Shown: positions 7,954 to 18,136 of the stretch, piece by piece
Layout: every line of letters starts with the position of its first letter
Position numbering within the stretch: the first letter of the stretch is position 1
Sequence record: NC_048079.1
Strand: one strand, 5' to 3'
Length of the DNA: 39,551 nt
DNA from: Escherichia phage C5
Translations under genes and position numbers: made by a program
Notes under the pieces: generated by a model
Told to the model about the DNA's origin: nothing
Seen by the model: only the letters and a program-made list of their open reading frames with translations
The model's database searches: none

Positions 7954-7958
7954 ACTAT

Positions 7959-8219
7959 ATGTTTCGACTTCATTACAACAAAAGCATTAAGAATTTCACG
8001 GTTCGCCGTGCTGACCGTTCAATCGTATGTGCGAGCGAGCGCCGAGCTAAGTTACCTCTTATTGGTGACACAGTTCCTTTGGCACCGAGCGTCCACATCA
8101 TTATCACCCGTGGTGACTTTGAGAAAGCAATAGACAAGAAACGTCCGGTTCTTAGTGTGGCAGTGACCCGCTTCCCGTTCGTCCGTCTGTTACTCAAACG
8201 AATCAAGGAGGTGTTCTGA
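7959..8219 (+). CDS. 1.6: Gene 1.6
   Basis: 86 aa [86 protein letters not shown]. Confidence 0.85.
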   Translation: MFRLHYNKSIKNFTVRRADRSIVCASERRAKLPLIGDTVPLAPSVHIIITRGDFEKAIDKKRPVLSVAVTRFPFVRLLLKRIKEVF

Positions 8220-8686
8220 TGACTACTTATGATGCCATGATTATCAAACTTATTGATATGAACGAAGGCAACCCAGATCATTTGTCTAACTGTTCCTTTC
8301 AATGTGCTGGAGTTCCTTGTAGTATCTGCCCAGCCAAGGACGACGATGATATGACCTTAGGTGAAATCCGAGAGATGGACCCACGTAAGTCTAAGCCGGA
8401 GAAACCAGAGGTAACTCCCACAGATGACCAACCTTCCACCGAGTCAATCGAAGGTGTCACGAAGCCATCTCATTATATGTTGTTCGACGACATTGAGGCT
8501 ATCGAAGTGATTGCCCGTTCGATGACCCGCGAGCAGTTCAAAGGGTATTGCTTCGGGAACATCCTTAAGTACCGCCTACGTGCTGGTAAGAAATCCGAAC
8601 TGGCTTACTTAGAGAAGGACATGGCGAAAGCTGGCTTCTATGGGGAACTGTACGAGAAACATAAGGATAAATGCTATGACTCTTAA
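8219..8686 (+). CDS. 1.7: Gene 1.7 nucleotide kinase (shorter N-terminus than T7 gp1.7)
   Basis: 155 aa; C-terminal region ...VTKPSHYMLFDDIEAIEVIARSMTREQFKGYCFGNILKYRLRAGKKSELAYLEKDMAKAGFYGELYEKHKDKCYDS matches T7 gp1.7; ATG overlaps the 1.6 stop (TGATG). Confidence 0.85.
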   Translation: MTTYDAMIIKLIDMNEGNPDHLSNCSFQCAGVPCSICPAKDDDDMTLGEIREMDPRKSKPEKPEVTPTDDQPSTESIEGVTKPSHYMLFDDIEAIEVIARSMTREQFKGYCFGNILKYRLRAGKKSELAYLEKDMAKAGFYGELYEKHKDKCYDS

Positions 8687-8766
8687 CGATGTTCTGTACT
8701 TCGGATTAATTTGCGCTGGAGTGGGAGCGTTACTTCGCTTAATGTATTGGGCCATAGAGGTGGAAT

Positions 8767-8783
<17 letters not shown>
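8676..8783 (+). CDS. Hypothetical 35-aa hydrophobic protein at the 1.7/1.8 junction
   Basis: MTLNDVLYFGLICAGVGALLRLMYWAIEVEYGKAK; RBS aagga 8 nt upstream; ATG sits where the T7 gene 1.8 start overlaps the 1.7 end; about 20 hydrophobic residues. Confidence 0.45.
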
Positions 8784-9079
<296 letters not shown>

Positions 9080-9082
<3 letters not shown>

Positions 9083-9102
9083 TACGACTCACTATTGGGA
9101 GA
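9080..9102 (+). promoter_or_regulatory. T7 RNAP promoter phi2.5
   Basis: taatacgactcactattgggaga. Confidence 0.85.
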
Positions 9103-9148
9103 AGACTCCCTTTGAGAAACCAAACGAAACCTAAAGGAGATTAACATT

Positions 9149-9847
9149 ATGGCTAAGAAGATTTTCACCTCTGCACTGGGTACTGCCGAACCTTACGCTT
9201 ACATCTCTAAGCCGGACTACGGCAACGAAGAGCGTGGCTTTGGGAACCCTCGTGGTGTCTACAAAGTTGACCTGACTATTCCCAACAAAGACCCGCGCTG
9301 CCAGCGTATGGTCGATGAAATCGTGAAGTGCCACGAAGAGGCTTATGCTGCTGCCGTTGAGGAATACGAAGCGAACCCGCCTGCTGTAGCTCGTGGTAAG
9401 AAACCACTGAAACCGTATGAAGGAGACATGCCGTTCTTCGATAACGGTGACGGTACGACTACCTTTAAGTTCAAATGCTACGCGTCTTTCCAAGACAAGA
9501 AGACCAAAGAGACCAAGCACATTAATCTGGTTGTGGTTGACTCCAAAGGTAAGAAGATGGAAGACGTTCCGATTATTGGTGGTGGTTCTAAACTGAAAGT
9601 CAAATACTCGCTGGTTCCGTACAAGTGGAACACAGCTGTAGGTGCGAGCGTTAAGCTGCAACTGGAATCCGTAATGCTGGTCGAACTGGCTACCTTTGGT
9701 GGCGGTGAAGATGATTGGGCTGACGAAGTTGAAGAGAACGGCTATGTTGCCTCTGGTTCTGCCAAAGCGAGCAAACCACGCGACGAAGAAAGCTGGGACG
9801 AAGACGACGAAGGGTCCGAGGAAGCAGACGAAGACGGAGACTTCTAA
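9149..9847 (+). CDS. 2.5: Gene 2.5 single-stranded DNA-binding protein
   Basis: 232 aa MAKKIFTSALGTAEPYAYISKPDYGNEERGFGNPRGVYKVDL... with acidic C-terminal tail ...EEADEDGDF; RBS aaaggaga. Confidence 0.95.
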   Translation: MAKKIFTSALGTAEPYAYISKPDYGNEERGFGNPRGVYKVDLTIPNKDPRCQRMVDEIVKCHEEAYAAAVEEYEANPPAVARGKKPLKPYEGDMPFFDNGDGTTTFKFKCYASFQDKKTKETKHINLVVVDSKGKKMEDVPIIGGGSKLKVKYSLVPYKWNTAVGASVKLQLESVMLVELATFGGGEDDWADEVEENGYVASGSAKASKPRDEESWDEDDEGSEEADEDGDF

Positions 9848-10303
9848 GTGGCTGGCGCATACGCTGCGCGTGGTATCAGAAAGGTCGGGACATTCCGTTC
9901 CGGCCTAGAAGATAAGGTCTCTAAGCAGCTAGAGGGTAAGGGCATTAAGTTCGACTATGAACTGTGGAAAATCCCTTACGTTGTCCCTGCGAGCAACCAT
10001 GTGTATACTCCAGACTTCCTGCTGCCTAACGGAATCTTTATTGAAACCAAAGGTTTATGGGAGAGTGACGACCGAAAGAAACACTTATTGATTCGCGAAC
10101 AGTTTCCTGAACTGGACATCCGTCTGGTGTTCTCAAGTTCGCGCACCAAGCTGTACAAAGGGTCTCCGACCAGTTACGGTGAATGGTGCGAGAAGCACGG
10201 TATCCTGTTTGCTGACAAATTAATTCCTGTAGAATGGCTCAAAGAACCCAAAAAGGAGGTGCCATTTGACAAGCTGAAACAATCGAAGGGAGGAAAGAAA
10301 TAA
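9848..10303 (+). CDS. 3: Gene 3 endonuclease I (Holliday-junction resolvase)
   Basis: 151 aa; GTG start directly after the 2.5 stop, RBS ggaga 7 nt upstream; ...GIRKVGTFRSGLEDKVSKQLEGKGIKFDYELWKIPYVVPASNHVYTPDFLLPNGIFIETKGLWESDDRKKHLL... matches T7 gp3. Confidence 0.9.
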   Translation: MAGAYAARGIRKVGTFRSGLEDKVSKQLEGKGIKFDYELWKIPYVVPASNHVYTPDFLLPNGIFIETKGLWESDDRKKHLLIREQFPELDIRLVFSSSRTKLYKGSPTSYGEWCEKHGILFADKLIPVEWLKEPKKEVPFDKLKQSKGGKK

Positions 10304-10758
10304 TGGCTCGTGTACAGTTTAAACAACGTGAATCTACTGACGCAATCTTTGTTCATTGCTCGGCTACCAAGCCAAGTCAGAATGTAGGTGTCCGTGAGAT
10401 TCGCCAGTGGCATAAAGAGCAAGGTTGGCTTGATGTCGGGTATCACTTTATCATCAAGCGCGATGGCACAGTAGAGGAAGGTCGAGATGAGATGGCTGTA
10501 GGCTCTCACGCTAAGGGTCACAACCACAACTCTATTGGTGTCTGCCTTGTAGGTGGTATCGACGATAAAGGCAAGTTTGACGCTAACTTTACGCCAGCCC
10601 AAATGCAATCCCTCCGCTCACTGCTTGTCACACTGCTGGCTAAGTACGAAGGCGCTGTGCTTCGCGCACATCACGATGTGGCACCTAAGGCTTGCCCATC
10701 GTTCGACCTTAAGCGTTGGTGGGAGAAGAACGAACTGGTCACTTCTGACCGTGGATAA
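10303..10758 (+). CDS. 3.5: Gene 3.5 lysozyme (N-acetylmuramoyl-L-alanine amidase; T7 RNAP inhibitor in T7)
   Basis: 151 aa MARVQFKQRESTDAIFVHCSATKPSQNVGVREIRQWHKEQGWLDVGYHFIIKRDGTVEEGRDEMAVGSHAKGHNHNSIGVCLVGG...; near-identical to T7 lysozyme. Confidence 0.95.
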   Translation: MARVQFKQRESTDAIFVHCSATKPSQNVGVREIRQWHKEQGWLDVGYHFIIKRDGTVEEGRDEMAVGSHAKGHNHNSIGVCLVGGIDDKGKFDANFTPAQMQSLRSLLVTLLAKYEGAVLRAHHDVAPKACPSFDLKRWWEKNELVTSDRG

Positions 10759-10759
10759 T

Positions 10760-10782
10760 TAATTGAACTCACTAAAGGGAGA
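10760..10782 (+). promoter_or_regulatory. T7 RNAP promoter phi3.8
   Basis: taattgaactcactaaagggaga. Confidence 0.8.
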
Positions 10783-10814
10783 CCACAACGGTTTCCCTTT
10801 GTTCGCATTGTTGA

Positions 10815-12533
<1,719 letters not shown>

Positions 12534-12550
12534 ATGATACGTGATGATAT

Positions 12551-12573
12551 TAATTAGACTCACTAAAGGAGGT
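12551..12573 (+). promoter_or_regulatory. Divergent T7-type promoter upstream of the HNH gene (phi4.3 position)
   Basis: taattagactcactaaaggaggt; core ACTCACTA conserved but upstream positions deviate from consensus. Confidence 0.55.
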
Positions 12574-12579
12574 AGCCAC

Positions 12580-12999
12580 ATGAGCACTGACTTAGAGAGA
12601 CTTGAAAGATTCTTGAAGATTGAGGGCGATTGCTGGCTGTTCACTGGCGGCAAGTCACATGCCTACGGAGTGTTCTGGATGGGTGGTAAGAATCACAAGG
12701 CACATAGGGCTGCCTTCGAACTTTATAATGGGAGGAAACCTAATGGTGTTATATTACACTCTTGTGATAATCCTTTGTGCTGCAATCCCGCTCATCTATC
12801 TGAGGGAACTCAGCTTGATAATATGGTGGACATGGTTAGAAAGGGACGCTCGTTAAAGGGTACGAAGAATCCCGCATGTAAGTTTACCGATGAGGATGTC
12901 AAGTTCATTCAGGAGTCTACCATGAAGGTCAAAGATTTAGCCACTCTATTCGGAGTGACGCGCCAAACAATAACCAGATGGAGGAAACACCATGTTTAA
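12580..12999 (+). CDS. HNH homing endonuclease (T7 gp2.8-like family)
   Basis: 139 aa from the ATG with RBS aaaggaggtag; HNH motif HSCDNPLCCNPAHL; C-terminal helix-turn-helix-like KVKDLATLFGVTRQTITRWRK; its stop overlaps the gene 4.3 ATG. The ORF track shows an upstream GTG extension to 12541 that would overlap the promoter. Confidence 0.85.
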   Translation: MSTDLERLERFLKIEGDCWLFTGGKSHAYGVFWMGGKNHKAHRAAFELYNGRKPNGVILHSCDNPLCCNPAHLSEGTQLDNMVDMVRKGRSLKGTKNPACKFTDEDVKFIQESTMKVKDLATLFGVTRQTITRWRKHHV

Positions 13000-13204
13000 A
13001 CTGATTAAGAAGTTGGGCAAACTGCTGGTTCGTTTGTATAACGTGGAAGCCAAGCGACTGAACGACGAGGCCCGTAATGAAGCCACACAGTCCCGCGCTC
13101 TGGCTATCCGCTCTAACGAACTGGCTGACAGCGCATCAAATAAAGTTACCGAGGCAGCTCGCGTAGCCAACCAAGCTCAACAACTTTCCAAATTCTTTGA
13201 GTAA
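12992..13204 (+). CDS. 4.3: Gene 4.3
   Basis: 70 aa MFKLIKKLGKLLVRLYNVEAKRLNDEARNEATQSRALAIRSNELADSASNKVTEAARVANQAQQLSKFFE. Confidence 0.85.
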   Translation: MFKLIKKLGKLLVRLYNVEAKRLNDEARNEATQSRALAIRSNELADSASNKVTEAARVANQAQQLSKFFE

Positions 13205-13223
13205 TCAAACAGGAGAAACCATC

Positions 13224-13493
13224 ATGTCTAACGTAGCTGAAACTATCCGTCTATCCGATACCGCTGACCAGTGGAACCGTCGAGTCCACATCAACGTTCG
13301 CAACGGTAAGGCGACTATGGTTTACCGCTGGAAGGACTCTAAGTCCTCTAAGAATCACACTCAGCGTATGACATTGACTGACGAGCAAGCACTGCGTCTG
13401 GTCAATGCGCTTACCAAAGCTGCCGTGACCGCAATTCATGAGGCTGGTCGCGTTGATGAAGCTATGGCTATCCTCGACAAGATTGACAGCTAA
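13224..13493 (+). CDS. 4.5: Gene 4.5
   Basis: 89 aa MSNVAETIRLSDTADQWNRRVHINVRNGKATMVYRWKDSKSSKNHTQRMTLTDEQALRLVNALTKAAVTAIHEAGRVDEAMAILDKIDS; RBS aggaga. Confidence 0.85.
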   Translation: MSNVAETIRLSDTADQWNRRVHINVRNGKATMVYRWKDSKSSKNHTQRMTLTDEQALRLVNALTKAAVTAIHEAGRVDEAMAILDKIDS

Positions 13494-13496
13494 GAG

Positions 13497-13536
13497 TGGT
13501 ATGCTCAAGGTCGCCCAAGCGGTGGCCTTCATGAAT
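13497..13536 (+). promoter_or_regulatory. RNase III processing hairpin (R4.7-like)
   Basis: gtggtatgctcaaggtcgcccaagcggtggccttcatgaa. Confidence 0.5.
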
Positions 13537-13537
13537 A

Positions 13538-13560
13538 CTATTCGACTCACTATAGGAGAT
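13538..13560 (+). promoter_or_regulatory. T7 RNAP promoter phi4.7
   Basis: ctattcgactcactataggagat. Confidence 0.8.
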
Positions 13561-13974
13561 ATGACCATGCGTGACCCTAAAGTTATCCAAGCAGAAATCG
13601 CTAAACTGGAAGCTGAACTTGAGGACGTTAAGTACCATGAAGCCAAGACTCGCTCCGCTGTTCACATTTTGAAGAACTTAGGGTGGACTTGGACACGACA
13701 GACTGGCTGGAAGAAGCCGGAAGTTTACAAGTTGAGCCACAAGGTGTTCGATAAGGACACTATGACCCACATCAAGGCTGGTGATTGGGTTAAGGTTGAC
13801 ATGGGAGTTGTTGGTGGGTACGGCTATGTCCGCTCAGTGAGTGGCAAATACGCACAAGTGTCATACATCACTGGCGTTACTCCGCGAGGAGCAATCGTTG
13901 CAGACAAGACCAACATGATTCACACAGGCTTCTTGACAGTTGTCTCGTATGAAGAGATTGTTAAGTCACGATAA
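13561..13974 (+). CDS. 4.7: Gene 4.7
   Basis: 137 aa MTMRDPKVIQAEIAKLEAELEDVKYHEAKTRSAVHILKNLGWTWTRQTGWKKPEVYKLSHKVFDKDTMTHIKAGDWVKVDM... Confidence 0.85.
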   Translation: MTMRDPKVIQAEIAKLEAELEDVKYHEAKTRSAVHILKNLGWTWTRQTGWKKPEVYKLSHKVFDKDTMTHIKAGDWVKVDMGVVGGYGYVRSVSGKYAQVSYITGVTPRGAIVADKTNMIHTGFLTVVSYEEIVKSR

Positions 13975-13992
13975 TCAATAGGAGAAATCAAT

Positions 13993-16107
13993 ATGATCGT
14001 TTCTGACATCGAAGCTAACGCCCTCTTAGAGAGCGTCACTAAGTTCCACTGCGGGGTTATCTACGACTACTCCACCGCTGAGTACGTAAGCTACCGTCCG
14101 AGTGACTTCGGTGCGTATCTGGATGCGCTGGAAGCCGAGGTTGCACGAGGCGGTCTTATTGTGTTCCACAACGGTCACAAGTATGACGTTCCCGCATTGA
14201 CCAAACTGGCAAAGCTACAATTGAACCGAGAGTTCCACCTTCCTCGTGAGAACTGTATCGACACCCTTGTGCTGTCACGCTTGATTCACTCTAACCTAAA
14301 GGACACCGATATGGGTCTTCTGCGTTCCGGTAAACTGCCTGGGAAACGCTTTGGGTCTCACGCTCTGGAGGCGTGGGGTTATCGCTTAGGAGAGATGAAG
14401 GGTGAATACAAGGATGACTTTAAGCGTATGCTTGAAGAGCAAGGTGAAGAATACGTTGACGGAATGGAGTGGTGGAACTTCAACGAAGAGATGATGGACT
14501 ATAACGTTCAGGACGTTGTTGTCACTAAGGCTCTCCTTGAGAAGCTACTCTCTGACAAACATTACTTCCCTCCTGAGATTGACTTTACGGACGTAGGTTA
14601 CACTACGTTCTGGTCAGAATCCCTTGAGGCCGTTGATGTTGAACATCGCGCTGCATGGCTACTCGCTAAGCAAGAGCGCAATGGATTCCCGTTTGACACT
14701 AAAGCAATCGAAGAGTTGTACGTAGAGTTAGCTGCTCGACGCTCTGAGTTGCTCCGTAAATTGACCGAAACGTTCGGCTCGTGGTATCAGCCTAAAGGTG
14801 GCACAGAAATGTTCTGCCATCCGAGGACTGGTAAGCCATTGCCTAAATACCCTCGCATTAAGACACCTAAAGTTGGTGGTATCTTTAAGAAGCCTAAGAA
14901 CAAGGCACAGCGAGAAGGCCGTGAGCCTTGCGAACTGGATACCCGCGAGTACGTTGCTGGTGCTCCGTATACTCCAGTTGAGCACGTAGTGTTTAACCCT
15001 TCGTCTCGTGACCACATCCAGAAGAAACTCCAAGAGGCTGGATGGGTCCCAACCAAGTACACCGATAAGGGCGCTCCTGTGGTGGACGATGAGGTACTCG
15101 AAGGAGTGCGTGTGGATGACCCTGAGAAGCAAGCTGCTATCGACCTCATTAAAGAATACTTGATGATTCAGAAGAGAATCGGACAGTCCGCTGAGGGAGA
15201 CAAGGCTTGGCTTCGCTATGTTGCCGAGGACGGTAAGATTCATGGTTCTGTTAACCCTAATGGAGCAGTTACGGGTCGTGCTACCCATGCGTTCCCCAAC
15301 CTTGCGCAAATTCCGGGTGTACGTTCTCCTTATGGAGAGCAGTGTCGCGCTGCTTTTGGCGCTGAGCACCATTTGGATGGGATAACTGGTAAGCCTTGGG
15401 TGCAGGCAGGTATCGACGCATCCGGTCTGGAGCTACGCTGCTTGGCTCACTTCATGGCTCGCTTTGATAACGGCGAGTACGCTCACGAGATTCTTAATGG
15501 TGACATTCACACTAAGAACCAGATGGCTGCTGAATTGCCTACCCGTGATAACGCTAAGACGTTCATCTATGGGTTCCTTTATGGGGCTGGCGATGAGAAG
15601 ATTGGGCAGATTGTCGGTGCTGGTAAAGAGCGCGGTAAGGAACTCAAGAAGAAATTCCTTGAGAACACCCCTGCGATTGCAGCACTACGTGAGTCTATCC
15701 AACAGACCCTTGTTGAGTCCTCTCAGTGGGTGGCTGGTGAACAGCAAGTCAAGTGGAAACGCCGCTGGATTAAAGGTCTGGATGGTCGTAAGGTACACGT
15801 CCGTAGTCCTCACGCTGCCTTGAATACCCTACTACAATCTGCTGGTGCTCTCATCTGCAAACTGTGGATTATCAAGACCGAAGAGATGCTCGTAGAGAAA
15901 GGCTTGAAGCACGGCTGGGATGGGGACTTTGCGTACATGGCATGGGTACATGATGAAATCCAAGTAGGTTGCCGTACCGAAGAGATTGCTCAGGTTGTCA
16001 TTGAGACAGCACAAGAAGCAATGCGCTGGGTTGGAGACCACTGGAACTTCCGGTGTCTTCTGGATACCGAAGGTAAGATGGGTCCTAATTGGGCCGTATG
16101 TCACTAA
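13993..16107 (+). CDS. 5: Gene 5 DNA polymerase (family A, with 3'-5' exonuclease domain)
   Basis: 704 aa [76 protein letters not shown]...; near-identical to T7 gp5. Confidence 0.98.
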   Translation: MIVSDIEANALLESVTKFHCGVIYDYSTAEYVSYRPSDFGAYLDALEAEVARGGLIVFHNGHKYDVPALTKLAKLQLNREFHLPRENCIDTLVLSRLIHSNLKDTDMGLLRSGKLPGKRFGSHALEAWGYRLGEMKGEYKDDFKRMLEEQGEEYVDGMEWWNFNEEMMDYNVQDVVVTKALLEKLLSDKHYFPPEIDFTDVGYTTFWSESLEAVDVEHRAAWLLAKQERNGFPFDTKAIEELYVELAARRSELLRKLTETFGSWYQPKGGTEMFCHPRTGKPLPKYPRIKTPKVGGIFKKPKNKAQREGREPCELDTREYVAGAPYTPVEHVVFNPSSRDHIQKKLQEAGWVPTKYTDKGAPVVDDEVLEGVRVDDPEKQAAIDLIKEYLMIQKRIGQSAEGDKAWLRYVAEDGKIHGSVNPNGAVTGRATHAFPNLAQIPGVRSPYGEQCRAAFGAEHHLDGITGKPWVQAGIDASGLELRCLAHFMARFDNGEYAHEILNGDIHTKNQMAAELPTRDNAKTFIYGFLYGAGDEKIGQIVGAGKERGKELKKKFLENTPAIAALRESIQQTLVESSQWVAGEQQVKWKRRWIKGLDGRKVHVRSPHAALNTLLQSAGALICKLWIIKTEEMLVEKGLKHGWDGDFAYMAWVHDEIQVGCRTEEIAQVVIETAQEAMRWVGDHWNFRCLLDTEGKMGPNWAVCH

Positions 16108-16126
16108 TTCTATAGGAGAAATTATT

Positions 16127-16423
16127 ATGGCTATCACGAAGAAATTTAAAGTGTCCTTTGATGTTACCCTTAAGCTGGACAGCGAGACCGAAGAACTTAT
16201 GCGAGAAAAGATTCTGGACTTAGCTCATCGTGCTGGCGCTGGTGAGGAGATTGGTCCTATGGACCGAGAGTTGTTAGTTCAGGCCCTGACACGCGGCCCA
16301 GATGGTGCTGCTGCATTTGCTGTACGACAAGGTATCCGTAATGCTGTCAAGGAGATGTTCGAAGATTCTAGTGATAAAGCACTGTTCAAACAGTCTCCTG
16401 CAACTGTACGGGAGGTGTTCTGA
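16127..16423 (+). CDS. 5.5: Gene 5.5 (H-NS-binding protein in T7)
   Basis: 98 aa MAITKKFKVSFDVTLKLDSETEELMREKILDLAHRAGAGEEIGPMDRELLVQALTRGPDGAAAFAVRQGIRNAVKEMFEDSSDKALFKQSPATVREVF; ends match T7 gp5.5. Confidence 0.85.
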   Translation: MAITKKFKVSFDVTLKLDSETEELMREKILDLAHRAGAGEEIGPMDRELLVQALTRGPDGAAAFAVRQGIRNAVKEMFEDSSDKALFKQSPATVREVF

Positions 16424-16632
16424 TGTCTGACTATCTGAAAGTGCTGCAAGCAATCAAAGGTTGCCCTAAGACTTTCCAGTCCAACTATGTACGGAACAAC
16501 GCGAGCCTCGTAGCGGAGGCCGCTTCCCGTGGTCACATCTCATGTCTGACTACAAGCGGACGAAACGGTGGTGCTTGGGAAATCACTGCTTCTGGTACTC
16601 GCTTTCTGAAACGAATGGGAGGGTGTGTCTGA
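16423..16632 (+). CDS. 5.7: Gene 5.7
   Basis: 69 aa MSDYLKVLQAIKGCPKTFQSNYVRNNASLVAEAASRGHISCLTTSGRNGGAWEITASGTRFLKRMGGCV; overlapping start/stop with 5.5. Confidence 0.85.
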   Translation: MSDYLKVLQAIKGCPKTFQSNYVRNNASLVAEAASRGHISCLTTSGRNGGAWEITASGTRFLKRMGGCV

Positions 16633-16790
16633 TGGTGCGTGACACTGTAACAATTCCTCGTGATGCGTGGAACGATATGCAGGGTTATATTGATTCTCTG
16701 GAACGTGAGAACGATAGCCTTAAGAACCAACTTATGGAAGCTGACGAATACGTGGCTGAGCTAGAGGAGAAACTTAATGGCGCTTCTTGA
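16632..16790 (+). CDS. 5.9: Gene 5.9 RecBCD inhibitor
   Basis: 52 aa MVRDTVTIPRDAWNDMQGYIDSLERENDSLKNQLMEADEYVAELEEKLNGAS; matches T7 gp5.9. Confidence 0.85.
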   Translation: MVRDTVTIPRDAWNDMQGYIDSLERENDSLKNQLMEADEYVAELEEKLNGAS

Positions 16791-17679
16791 CCTTAAACAA
16801 TTCTACGAGTTACGTGAAGGCTGTAACGACAAGGGTATCCTTGTGATGGATGGTGACTGGCTGGTCTTCCAAGCTATGAGTGCTGCCGAGTTTGATGCCT
16901 CTTGGGAGGAAGAGATTTGGCACCGCTGCTGCGACCACGCTAAGGCCCGTAAGATTCTGGATGATTCCATCAAGTCCTATGAGACCCGTAAGAAGGCTTG
17001 GGTAGGTGCTCCGATTGTCCTTGCGTTCACAGATAGTGTCAACTGGCGTAAAGAACTGGTGGACCCGAACTACAAGGCTAACCGTAAGGCCACGAAGAAA
17101 CCTGTAGGTTACTTTGAGTTCCTTGATGCTCTCTTTGAGCGTGAAGAGTTCTACTGCATTCGTGAGCCTATGCTTGAGGGAGATGACGTTATGGGAGTGA
17201 TTGCTTCCAATCCGTCTGCCTTCGGTGCCCGTAAGGCGGTAATCATCTCGTGTGATAAGGACTTCAAGACCATCCCTAACTGTGACTTCTTGTGGTGTAC
17301 CACTGGTAACATCCTGACTCAGACCGAAGAGTCCGCTGACTGGTGGCACCTATTCCAGACAATCAAGGGTGATATTACCGATGGTTACTCAGGGATTGCC
17401 GGATGGGGTGATACCGCTGAGGACTTCTTGAATAACCCGTTCATTACCGAGCCTAAGACCTCTGTGCTTAAGTCTGGTAAGAACAAAGGGCAGGAGGTAA
17501 CTAAGTGGGTTAAACGCGACCCTGAGCCTCATGAGACGCTTTGGGACTGCATTAAGTCCATTGGTGCGAAGGCTGGTATGACCGAAGAGGATGTCATCAA
17601 GCAGGGCCAAATGGCTCGCATCCTACGGTTCAATGAGTACAACTTTATTGACAAGGAGATTTACCTGTGGAGACCGTAG
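16777..17679 (+). CDS. 6: Gene 6 5'-3' exonuclease
   Basis: 300 aa MALLDLKQFYELREGCNDKGILVMDGDWLVFQAMSAAEFDASWEEEIWHRCCDHAKARK...; near-identical to T7 gp6. Confidence 0.97.
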   Translation: MALLDLKQFYELREGCNDKGILVMDGDWLVFQAMSAAEFDASWEEEIWHRCCDHAKARKILDDSIKSYETRKKAWVGAPIVLAFTDSVNWRKELVDPNYKANRKATKKPVGYFEFLDALFEREEFYCIREPMLEGDDVMGVIASNPSAFGARKAVIISCDKDFKTIPNCDFLWCTTGNILTQTEESADWWHLFQTIKGDITDGYSGIAGWGDTAEDFLNNPFITEPKTSVLKSGKNKGQEVTKWVKRDPEPHETLWDCIKSIGAKAGMTEEDVIKQGQMARILRFNEYNFIDKEIYLWRP

Positions 17680-17780
17680 CGTATATTGGCATTGGTCTTT
17701 GTGTCCTCGGAATTGGCCTCATTGCGTGGGGCCTTTGGGACTTAGCCCGAATAATCAAGTCCTTACACGACACTAAGTGA
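17667..17780 (+). CDS. 6.3: Gene 6.3 small membrane protein
   Basis: 37 codons from a GTG start with RBS aaggaga: VETVAYIGIGLCVLGIGLIAWGLWDLARIIKSLHDTK. Confidence 0.7.
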   Translation: METVAYIGIGLCVLGIGLIAWGLWDLARIIKSLHDTK

Positions 17781-17800
17781 TAAACTCAAGGTCCCTAAAT

Positions 17801-17823
17801 TAATACGACTCACTATAGGGAGA
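17801..17823 (+). promoter_or_regulatory. T7 RNAP promoter phi6.5
   Basis: taatacgactcactatagggaga (perfect consensus), flanked by RNase III-type sequence aactcaaggtccc...ggggcctttatgatt. Confidence 0.9.
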
Positions 17824-17877
17824 TAGGGGCCTTTATGATTATTACTTTAAGATTTAACTCTAAGAGGAATCTTTATC

Positions 17878-18132
17878 ATGTTAACACCTATTAGCCAATT
17901 ACTTAAGAACCCTAACGATATTCCAGACGTGCCTCGTGCAACCGCTGAGTATCTACAGGTTCGATTCAACCATGCGTATCTCGAAGCGTCTGGTCATATA
18001 GGACTTATGCGTGCTAATGGTTGCAGTGAAGCCCACATCTTGGGTTTCATTCAGGGCCTACAGTATGCCTCTAACGTCATTGACGAGATTGAGTTACGCA
18101 AGGAACAACTAAGAGATGATTTGGAGGATTGA
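17878..18132 (+). CDS. 6.5: Gene 6.5
   Basis: 84 aa [84 protein letters not shown]. Confidence 0.85.
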   Translation: MLTPISQLLKNPNDIPDVPRATAEYLQVRFNHAYLEASGHIGLMRANGCSEAHILGFIQGLQYASNVIDEIELRKEQLRDDLED

Positions 18133-18136
18133 CACT

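Noticed and set aside
12541-12579. GTG-initiated extension of the HNH ORF (152-aa version)
   Set aside because: It would start inside the T7-type promoter; the ATG at 12580 has a proper RBS (aaaggaggtag).
14728-15372. 214-aa minus-strand ORF inside the DNA polymerase gene
   Set aside because: Antisense to a conserved essential gene; Ser/Thr-rich low-complexity translation typical of antisense frames.
15986-16126. Upstream in-frame extension of gene 5.5 (145-aa version)
   Set aside because: It overlaps the end of the DNA polymerase gene; the T7-type start MAITKKFKV at 16127 has RBS aggaga.
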